NCBI GenBank assembly: GCA_000004695.1
Contig: CM000152.2
Span: 2,080,001 to 2,144,000, forward strand
Direction: 5' to 3'
Source: Dictyostelium discoideum
Lineage: Eukaryota
DNA: 64,000 nucleotides
Position numbers and translations under genes: made by a program. The notes under the pieces were generated by a model. The model saw only the letters and a program-made list of their open reading frames with translations. It was not told where the DNA came from and ran no database searches. Positions 37,450 to 47,092 of the stretch are shown in pieces; the first letter of the stretch is position 1; each line of letters starts with the position of its first letter.

Positions 37450-37535
<86 letters not shown>

Positions 37536-38521
37536 TACAACAACAACAATTACAACAACAAAAACAATTAGCATATTGTTTAATATTATATTCAAATGGT
37601 AGATTATGTTTAATAAATGCAGAGAATTCAATACAATGTGAATTATCAAATAATATTGAACAATATTGGTTTACAAATATTTATAGAGATAATGAATTAA
37701 TTGGTAATACATTATGGGCATATGGTAATTCAGGTATACAAGTTTGGTTTCCATTTTCATCGGAAGAAATTTTATCAAATAAAAATTTCAATCATAATAA
37801 ATCATTAAGTTTTAATAATGAAGTTTATCCAATTGGTTTTTTAAATGAATTGGGTGTAATTGTTGGATTAAGTCAAGGTATAAGTTATTCATCATGTTCA
37901 GTTTATCCAAATTATGAAATTCATATTAAAACTCATCCATTCCTTCATTCAATTTTAAAACATTTACTAGAGAGAGGTGGTGCTGAAAAAGCTTGGAATC
38001 TATCAAGTAAATTCTATACAATTCCTCATTTCACTCATTCTCTAGAGTTGTTACTTCATGAATTCATCTCTGAAACCGATGATTTAAAGAAACAATTTAA
38101 AATTAAATCACAATCAACCGGTCAATTAAGTCCTGCAGGTTTAAAATTAGAATATGTTATAAACTTTTTAAAGAAATTTCCACAATTTCCAGAGGTTGCA
38201 ATGCGTGCTACAAGAAAAATTGATGCTTCACTTTGGAGAGGTCTATATACAATCATTGGTGATCCTTTTATACTCTATCAAAAATGTTTATCAAATGGTA
38301 AAATTGAAATTGCTGCATCCTATTTAAAAATATTACAACATTTAAATACAAATTCAAATACTTCATTTCAAGATGATATTAGTAGAAAATGTGCAATTGA
38401 ATTATTAGAAATTTCTTTAGATTTTGATAATATTGATTTAGTTGGTGATTTAATTAGATTTTTACATACTTCTGATGAAGATAATGCAACAACTCCAAAA
38501 TTAAATAATAATAATAATTCA

Positions 38522-38552
<31 letters not shown>

Positions 38553-39025
38553 GTTATTATAATGATAATAATAATAATTTAAAAGATAATAATAAACCAA
38601 TTAAACCAACAATTTCAAAAGAATCAAAATTATTTTATAAACAATTAGATTTAATTTTATCAACTTATGCAAATAAATTATTAAAGAATAAACTATTAAG
38701 AAATTTTTTATTATTTTCAAGAAAAACACTTTGTGATGATTTATCAAATTGGTTAATCACTAAAAAGAGATCAACAATTCTTAGAACAGTTGAAGATTTA
38801 GATATGGCATTAAATTCAATTCATGTTCAATTTTATATAAATTTACCAATTGAACCAATTAATCCACCATTTTCATCACAAAGTTTATTAATGGTTTTCT
38901 CACCACAATCAAATGGTTTAGTTGGTAGTACAAGTAATACTGATTTTAATAATTTAAAACAATCTTTATCAATTGATTCTGAATTAGAAAATTTAAATAT
39001 TGATAATATTATTAATAATAATAAT

Positions 39026-39070
<45 letters not shown>

Positions 39071-39637
39071 CAATCATTACCATTATCAATATCACAAGAA
39101 CAACAAATGATTCAAAATTTATCACAATCACCACCAACAATGGTAACAAAGGATGAAATGATTGAATCACTTAAATCAAGAATTAATAATACACCATCAA
39201 AAGATCATCATGTTTCAAGTAATAGTAATGTTGTTAGTAGCGGTGGTGGTGGTGGTGGTGGCGGTAATGGTGGAGTTGTTAATTCTAGTAGTCAATATAA
39301 TTTTAGATCTCATCAATTTATGATTGCACCAACAACTTCAAATGAATATAGCGATCCATTCTTTTTAAAAGAATCAATTGAATCATCAATGGATGATCTT
39401 TATTATTTATTACAAGAATTAACAAATGCAAATTGTTATGAATGGGTATTGGTAATTGCTACAGTTTTATTAAATCCAGTTTTAATCTCAAAAACTTTAA
39501 AAAAAATACCAGATATTTATGAAAACTATTGTAAAATGTTATCACTTCAAAAACCAATTGGATATAATCAATTATTAAAATTTATTGAAGATTCAGTTTA
39601 TCCATTATTACAACAAAAATATTTAGATAAAAAATAA
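34897..39637 (+). pseudogene. RIC1 (Rab6 GEF complex subunit) homolog, multi-exon and conserved with human RIC1, but interrupted by two in-frame TAA codons (35763..35765 and 35880..35882) and a 1-nt frameshift near 36346..36352
   Basis: Exons are 34897..35142 (MYFTFGWPK…CWSPDSSSIAIV), 35246..35412 (TSLGYIIVYRI…), 35546..35902 (ITSNNEYIYIFTKEGYLVKSSWTGEL…IVPF…SIFG*IFENGSSAIL…RGYWLSKENSVSISLNLKHR*AAVGLK) and 36099..39637. In the last exon, frame A (…MRWNHDDNCLAVGWKNRGFCVWSVYGCK) switches to frame B (ITCTIPQMSNDG…EPCRDGVLSFSWGLESYHLILL…FQFTFLKASLASNP… to YPLLQQKYLDKK*). The introns are 35143..35245, 35413..35545 and 35903..36098. The flanks of each lesion align to human RIC1 ([108 protein letters not shown]). 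Confidence 0.65.
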
Positions 39638-39959
39638 TTTTTTGGAAAATATTATTTTAAAAAATTTAATTATTTCAAAATCCAATACCAAAGAATTTTC
39701 CAAAATTTATATAAACGATCAAATTTTAATAAATAAATAAAAAAAAAAAAAGAAAATTATTAAAATAATAATAATAATAATAATGATTAAAAAAAAAAAA
39801 AAATTGTCTATTTAAATTTTTATTTATTTATTTTATTTTTATTTATTTTATAATATGTTTGTGAGTCACCAATCCAATAACTTTTTTTAGGACGTGTTTA
39901 TTGTTATTTATAACTTAATTTTTTAAAATTATAAAAAAAAAAAATAAAAAAAAAAATTG

Positions 39960-39999
<40 letters not shown>

Positions 40000-40058
40000 T
40001 TACTTAGTTTCATTTTCACATTTGCTGTTAATATATTTTAATAACCTATATATACATA

Positions 40059-40154
40059 ATGATAATGCTTTCTTTTATGGGATTTTTACAATCTTGTTTA
40101 TTGATTGTAAATTCCTTTGCAATCTTAAATGAAAGATTTTTAAATAAAAGTAAG

Positions 40155-40185
<31 letters not shown>

Positions 40186-40481
40186 GTTATTATTATTTAA
40201 AATTCATCTAACTTATTATTCTTATTATTATCATTATCATTATCTATTATAAAGTTGGTTGGGGTGTAAAAAGTGATTTAGATATGAACTCATTTAAAGG
40301 GAAAATAATAACATTATTACATAGTTTAAGATTCTTTTTTAGAAGTATGTTCTCAAATATTTAATAATAGTAATAAAAAATATTTATTTAATCTAACTTA
40401 CTTTTTTACGTAACCAAATATATAGTTCCTTTAGCTTTAGTTAATGCGGTTGTAATCGTTTTCCTTTTAATCTTTGGTTAA
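40059..40481 (+). CDS. Yos1 / IER3IP1 homolog (small ER-Golgi membrane protein, 78 aa), three micro-exons; it is absent from the ORF track
   Basis: Exon 1 is 40059..40149 (MIMLSFMGFLQSCLLIVNSFAILNERFLNK, followed by GTAAGT). Exon 2 is 40255..40344 (IGWGVKSDLDMNSFKGKIITLLHSLRFFFR, followed by GTATGT). Exon 3 is 40426..40481 (IPLALVNAVVIVFLLIFG, stop). Phases are 1/1 and 1/1, and the total is 237 nt. It aligns to human IER3IP1 (…LLQAALLCVNAIAVLHEERFLKNIGWG…VPLIIVNSIAIVLLLLFG). Intron 2 contains a TACTAAC-like branch site (ctaacttac). Confidence 0.7.
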
Positions 40482-40793
40482 ACGATTATTTTTTTATAAT
40501 ATATATTTTATTTTTTTTTTTTATTTTTTTTTTATTTTTTTATTTATTTTTTTTTTTTGGGAAATAAACACTATAAAAAAAAAGAAAAAAAAAAAAAAAA
40601 AAAAAAAAGAAGATATAAAAAAAAAGAAAAAGAATCAGATTCAAACAAACAAAAAAAAAAAAAATTTCCTTTTTTAAAAATAAAATGTAACATAATATAG
40701 AAATTTCTTCAAAACAAACTTTTTTATTTTTATTTTTTTTAATTTATTTTTTTTAATTATTTTTATTTTTTTTTTTATTTTTTTTTATGTAAA

Positions 40794-40824
<31 letters not shown>

Positions 40825-40887
40825 TATTTTTTCATTAATAATAATACATATAAATATATATATATAAAAAAAAAAGAAGAAAAAAAA

Positions 40888-41862
40888 ATGGGTGAACGTA
40901 AAGTTATTTCAAAATATTATCCACCAGATTTTGATCCAAGTAAAGTTGCAAAGATTAAAGTTAAAAGACCAACATTTACAAAAGTAACAACAATGTTACC
41001 AATGAGTATAAGATGTAATACATGTGGTGAATATATTGGTAGAGGTACAAAATTTAATGCAAAAAAAGAGACAGTTCAAAATGAAGATTATTTAGGTATT
41101 AAAATTTATAGATTCTTTTTACGTTGTAAAAAGTGTGCAGCAGAATTAACAATTAAAACCGATCCAAAGAATTCTGAATATGTTTGTGAATCTGGTGCAA
41201 CTAGAAACTATGAACCTTGGAAAGAAACAGATGAAGAGAAATCAAATAGAATGACAAAAGAACAAGAGGAAGAACAAGATGCAATGATTGCTCTTGAAAA
41301 TAGAACTTTAGAATCAAAACGTGAAATGGAAATGCTGGATGCCCTTGAAGAAATTAAATCTTTAAATTCTAGAAATTCTGAAATTGATACTGAACAATTA
41401 TTAGAATATAATTTACAAAAACAAGAACTTGAAGAAAAATTACAAGATGAAGAGGATGATCTTTTAGTAAAATCAATTTTTAATAATAAAAATAAATTAG
41501 AATTAAATCAAATTAATGATAATAATAGTATTAATAATAATATTGACTCTAATAAAATTAAAAGAATTGAAAATGATGATGATGATGGTGATAAATTTAA
41601 TAGTTTATTTTCAAATAATAATAAAAATAATAAAAATATTATCAATAATAATAATAATAATAATAATAATATTAATACAACCTCAATATCCAATACAATC
41701 GAAACAACACCAACAACGAATCAAAAAACATCAATTTTAGGTAATAAAGTTAAAGTAGTAATAAATAAACAAGAGGAACCAATACCGAAAAATAATAATA
41801 ATAGTGAGCCAAATTCATTTTCATCTTTTATGTCGGCTTATAGTGACGACGAAGAAGATTGA
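40888..41862 (+). CDS. Splicing factor YJU2 / CWC16 (CCDC94-like), 324 aa, single exon
   Basis: The N-terminus [20 protein letters not shown]…[52 protein letters not shown]…GATRNYEPW matches the YJU2/CCDC94 family ([20 protein letters not shown]…[21 protein letters not shown]). It has a Glu/Asn-rich tail. Confidence 0.85.
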   Translation: [324 protein letters not shown]

Positions 41863-42140
41863 TATGATAAAAAAAAAAATGAATAATAAAATTGTAATAA
41901 TATTATTTATTTAATTATATGATATAATATAATTGAATAAATAATTTATATTTCTTCTCCCAAACACACACCCACACCCCGCTATCGCAATTTTTTTTTA
42001 TTTTTTTTTTTTTTATATTTTATTTTTCAATAATCGTATCAATGTAATAATAATTAATCATTTATCGAAAGTAAACTTTTTATAATAATTCTTTAATTAA
42101 TTATTTGTGTTTTTATTTTATTTAAATTATTTTTTTTTTT

Positions 42141-42176
<36 letters not shown>

Positions 42177-42376
42177 TTTTTTTTTTTTTTGTTTTCTTTC
42201 ACACCATTTCCAAATTTGTAATAATTGATTAATTCATATTCATTGTAAAAATAAATTATTAAAAAAGTGATTTTTTGTAAAAAACATTTATTTTGAAAAA
42301 AAAAAAAAAAAAAAAAATATAATTAAACACTTCAAATAAATATCATCAAATTATAATAATTTTTTATTACTACAAT

Positions 42377-42434
<58 letters not shown>

Positions 42435-42584
42435 CTATTTTATTTTTTTTATTTTTAAAAAACTAATTTTTTTCAAAAATAAAATAAAATAAAATAAAAA
42501 AAATAAAATAAAATAAATAAAAAAAATAAAATAAAATAAAATAAAAAAAAGATAAAATAAAATAACAATAAACTTTTTTAAAAA

Positions 42585-43067
42585 ATGAATTTATCACAAG
42601 AACATGCAATAAACCAAAATTTACATAAAAATCAAAAAAATGAAGAAAAGATAGAAAAAAAAACAATTAACAAAGATGGTAGAGGTCAAATGAATTATGA
42701 TGGTGAAGAAGGACAAGGAGAAAAATCAAGATTCCAAAAAATGGTTGAAAATGAAAAAATTGAAGAACCACAACAAAAAGATGAAAATATTCCAAATACA
42801 GATGTAATAGAAAGAAAAGAAGTTGGTGTAATTGAAAGAATAAATAGTGAAGATGTACCAATTTTAATGACAGATAATGCTACAGATTATAAAGTTTTAC
42901 AACACAATCTTAAAAAAGGTAAAGTTTCAAAGAAAAGTAAAGAACAAATTGAACAAATCTCTAAACAAGAAGAAAATGATATGTTGGAATATTTAAAAAA
43001 TTATAAATCAAATGAAGAATTTACAATTCAATTAGAAGATTTATTAAGTTTTGAAACTTATTGTTTG

Positions 43068-43104
<37 letters not shown>

Positions 43105-43432
43105 TTTTTAAAATACTAATTTAATTTTTATTTATTTATTTTATTTATTTTATTTATTTTCTTAAATAATAATAATAATAAAAAAAAGTTTCAAGAGATG
43201 AATTACATTTATTATATAGAGAATTTAAAACAATTTCAAAAAGTGGTATGTTTATGTCAAAAGAGGATTTTATAAGTAAATTAACACCATTCTCAAGAAA
43301 TGCTGATTTAACAATTTCATTAATGAATGCAATTGATCGTAATGGTGATCAAAAAATTGCATTTCCAGAATTTGTTCAAGCATTATCAATAATGTGTAGA
43401 GGTACTAAAAAAGAAAGATTAAGATGTAAGTG

Positions 43433-43472
<40 letters not shown>

Positions 43473-43939
43473 TAATTAATAATTTTTTATTTAATAATTA
43501 TTAATAAAATTATTTTTTTATTTTTTTTATTATTATTTTAATTTAATTTTTATTTTTTTAAAAAAAAGTTACATTTGAAATTTGTGATTTTAATGGTGAT
43601 TCATTAGTATCAAGAGATGAAGTTTATTCAACAGTTAAAGCAATTTCTGATATTTTTTCAAAGTTTGGATATTCAAAAGATAAATTTGGTGATCCATCAG
43701 AAGCTGTAGATTCAATATTTTCAAGTGGTTTAACAACTAATGGTATTTATTTACATAATAAAAAAGAATTAACATTAAATGAATTTTTAGAAAGAGGTGA
43801 ATTAAATCCTGATTTATCAAAATGTTTTGGAATGTTTGATTATTTTTATTTAAAATTTATTGGTCAAATTGATTTATTAGTAAATATTATTTTAAAAAAA
43901 AAAACTTTTTTTTATAAAAAAAAAAAAAAAAAAAAATAA
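42585..43939 (+). CDS. EF-hand calcium-sensor protein of the NCS / KChIP type with a 158-aa Glu/Lys/Asn-rich N-terminal extension, three exons
   Basis: Exon 1 is 42585..43062 (ORF 42585..43073 up to …LEDLLSFETY + T). Exon 2 is 43189..43425 (F-SRDELHLLYREFKTISKSGMFMSKEDFISKL…FPEFVQALSIMCRGTKKERLR, ending in GTAAGT). Exon 3 is 43569..43879 or runs on to the stop at 43939 (FTFEICDFNGDSLVSRDEVYSTVKAISDIF…ELTLNEFLERGELNPDLSKCFGMFDYF…). Intron 1 is 43063..43188. It aligns with KChIP/NCS-1 ([41 protein letters not shown]…EEM…VKAIYDM…LDEFLESC). No in-frame ATG exists upstream of 43248 within the exon-2 ORF, so an upstream exon is required. Confidence 0.6.
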
Positions 43940-44004
43940 TAATTAATTTATTAATACTAATTTATCAATTTTTTTTTTTAAAGTTTAAAGATAAAGAAAT
44001 TAAT

Positions 44005-46750
44005 ATGAATGGTCAATTAACAAAAATTAAACCAAAAACAATTTTTAATTTTAATATTTCACATAGAAGAACTTTATCATTAAGAGATGGATTTTTAATT
44101 GTTTATAAAAAAAAGAAATTTAAACATGATGAAGATAAACCTTCAAAAGTTATATTTTTACCTGGTTCAACTGTTAAAGTTGTAGTTGGTAGTCAACCAA
44201 GTAAAAAAAAGAAATTTTTAAGTAAAAAATTTCATAATTATTATGGATTTAGAGTTACAAAAGGAAATGTAAAAATTTTAAAAATAATTTTATTATTTTT
44301 TTTTTTAGTATATAAATTATTAAAATAATTACTAATTTTTTTTTTTTTTATTTTTTTTTTATTTTTTTTTTATTATTATTGTTATTATTATTAATTTTTT
44401 TATAAATTAGTATAATAGATTTTTTTTAATGGAAAATAGAGATGAAGCATTAAATTGGGTAAATGCAATTAGATTTCATTCTAGACAAGGATTTAGATTT
44501 CAATCATTTTCAAAAGTTAGATCGAATATTAGTGTTGAATGGTTTATTAATGGTTCATCATATTATAATGAATTAGCAGAAACAATTAGAAGAGCAAAAC
44601 ATGAAATATTTATAACAGGTTGGTGGGTTAGTCCTTATGTTTATCTTCAAAGGGATAATGGTATTGAAAATATGGAAAAATCAAGATTAGATAGAATTTT
44701 AACAGAGAAAGCCAAAGAAGGTGTAAAAGTTTATGTATTAATGTGGAATGAAACAAATTTAGGTGTTCAATTGGGTAGTAGACATGCAAAGAATTGGTTA
44801 GAAGGTTGTCATTCAAATATTCATGTAATTAGACATCCAAAACGTTATCCACTCTCTTGGAGTCATCATCAAAAAAATGCAATTATTGATCAACAGATTG
44901 CTTTTGTTGGTGGTATAGATATTTGTTTGATGAGATATGAAACTAGTAAATTTCAATTGACCGATGATCAAGGTAAAAGATTCCCTGGAAAAGATTATGG
45001 TAATTTATTAGGTACTGTCATTAGAACTGGTGATCCTAAAAAAGATCAATTCAATCGTAGAGAATGTCCAAGAATGCCATGGCATGATGTTCATACTAAA
45101 ATAGTTGGTCCATCTGCAAAAGATGTTGCAAGTAATTTCATTCAACGTTGGAATCATGCAATCTATGTTGAGAGATCAAATAGATTTCAACCAATTTTAG
45201 TTCCAAAGAATTACACTGGTTTACCATCTGATGATGCAAAACCTGATAAATGGAAAAATCTTGTTTCTAATATTAGAAAAGGTTTCTCTCATGTTTCTTA
45301 TGGTAGAGAAAAGCCAACTCATTATCAAAGAGCTGGTGATAATCCAAAAGTTAGATCACATACAAGACAAGGTGCTTTTGGTTTACAATCTGATCAAATT
45401 GATAATAAAATTGATAAACAAAAAAATAATTCAACAAATTCTGAAAATTCTGAAAATTCTTATTCAGAATTTGATGAAGAAGATGAAGAAGGTAATCAAG
45501 AAGAAGAAGATGAAGATGAATTTGATGAATTTGAAAAAGATGAAAATCAAAAACAAGAAAATTCAAAAATTCCATTTAATAATAAACCATCAGATGCTGG
45601 TGGTTTAAAATCAAAAAATTATAAAAATAATAATAATAATAATATAATTGAATCATTAAAAGATGAAGAAAGTTTTGAATTACCAGGTACACCAAAAATT
45701 GATTTAAATAATGATAAATTATTAAAATCAATTTATCATTTATCTTCAAATATGTCAGAAAATAGTTGTGTTGTTCAAATGGTTAGATCAATTTGTCCAT
45801 GGTCAGCAGGTACTGATGTTGAAGATTCATGTTATAAAGCTTATTTAGGTTTAATTAAAAATGCTCAACATTTTATTTATATTCAAAATTTATTTTTTAT
45901 TTCAAGTTGTGGTTCAAAATTACCAAAGAATCGTATAGCATTAGCAATTTTAAATAGAGTTAGAAGAGCAATAACTTTAAAAGAAAAGTTTAGAGTTATT
46001 ATAATGGTACCAATTAGTCCATCTGGTGATCTTGCATTAGCATCCTCAAGAATGATTATTGGTTGGACTAATAGAACAATAAGTCAAGGTGGTCAATCAA
46101 TTTTAGAATTATTAAAAAATGAATTTCCTGATGTTGATTTAGATCAATATATTTCATTCAATTCAATTAGACAATGGGAAGCTAATGGTGATAGAATTTT
46201 CACTGAACAAATCTATGTACATAGTAAAGTTTTAATAGTTGATGATCGTGTAGCTGTAATTGGTAGTTGTAATATTAATGATAGAAGTATGATGGGTTCT
46301 CGTGATTCAGAATTGGCAGTAGTCGTTTCTGATCAAAGTAAACTATTAATTACAATGAATGGTAAACCTTTTAAAGTTGGTAAATTCCCTCATACACTTA
46401 GAGTTGGTCTTTGGAAAACTCATTTAAATTTAACTGATTCTGAAATTTCATCAATAATAGATCCAATAACTGATAATGCTTTTATTAATATTTGGAGAAA
46501 AACTGCTAGAAATAATTCAATCATTTATAAAGAAGTATTTGGTGATTGTATTTTAGAAAATCAAAGAAGACTTGGTATTGTTCAAAAAAAATATATTCCA
46601 AAAACAAATGAATTAATTGTTCAATTATCACAAATTCAAGGTGTTTTAATTGAATATCCACTAGATATGTTTTGTGAAAGTAATTTATTTAATGAACAAG
46701 TTGGAATTTTTACTGCTGAATCTTATGTTGATGTTTCAATTTTTACTTAA
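44005..46750 (+). CDS. Phospholipase D (PH domain plus two HKD catalytic motifs; no PX domain visible), two exons, about 866 aa
   Basis: Exon 1 is 44005..44268 (MNGQLTKIKPKTIFNFNISHRRTLSLRDGFLIVYKKKKFKHDEDKPSKVIFLPGSTVKVVVGS…YGFRVTKGN). The intron runs 44269..44410 (GTAAAA…AAATTAG). Exon 2 is 44411..46750 (YNRFFLMENRDEALNWVNAIRFHS, completing the PH domain). HKD1 reads HHQKNAIIDQQIAFVGGIDICLMRYE and HKD2 reads HSKVLIVDDRVAVIGSCNINDRSM. The frame is also open upstream to an acceptor at 43983/43984, which is compatible with splicing from the upstream EF-hand exon (see findings). It may be the smallest of the Dictyostelium PLD paralogs; the symbol is not assigned. Confidence 0.8.
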
Positions 46751-46798
46751 ACAAAAAAAAAAAAAAAAAAAAAAAAATAAAATAATTTTTTATTACAT

Positions 46799-47010
46799 AT
46801 TGTGAAAATCATTCAAATCCATTTAAAATATTTGTAATTACAAAAAAGTGAGCAAACTTGGATAGTTCTTACAATAAATATTGTGAAAATAATTCAAAGT
46901 TGTACACTTTTTAAAATTTGAAAATTGTTCATATTATTTTTATATTAGTCCCATTATAAAATATTTGTAGTTACAAAAAAAGTGCTCAAACTTGAATGAT
47001 TCTTACAATA
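46799..47010. repeat. Duplicated roughly 75-80-bp unit (46799..46875 and 46880..47010, the second copy with an insertion) in the 342-bp gap between two convergent genes
   Basis: attgtgaaaat(c/a)attcaaa is followed by aaaatatttgta(a/g)ttacaaaaaa(a)gtg(a/c)(g/t)caaacttg(g/a)at(a/g)(g/a)ttcttacaata. The second copy has a 57-bp insertion gttgtacactttttaaaatttgaaaattgttcat…cccattat. Base composition is GC-richer than the surrounding intergenic DNA. Confidence 0.7.
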
Positions 47011-47092
47011 TTTATTTAAATTATTTAAATTATTTATTTTTTATTTATTTAAATTGATTTTGATTATTTACTTTTATTTTTTTTTTTTTTTT

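Noticed and set aside
42585-43073. Treating ORF 42585..43073 (162 aa, Glu/Lys/Asn-rich) as a stand-alone hypothetical protein
   Set aside because: Its last codons (…SFETY) splice at 43062|43189 to complete the conserved NCS/KChIP motif F-S/T-R/K-D/R-E-L-x-x-L-Y-R-x-F of the downstream EF-hand exons, and the downstream exon has no ATG of its own. It is better explained as exon 1 of the EF-hand gene.
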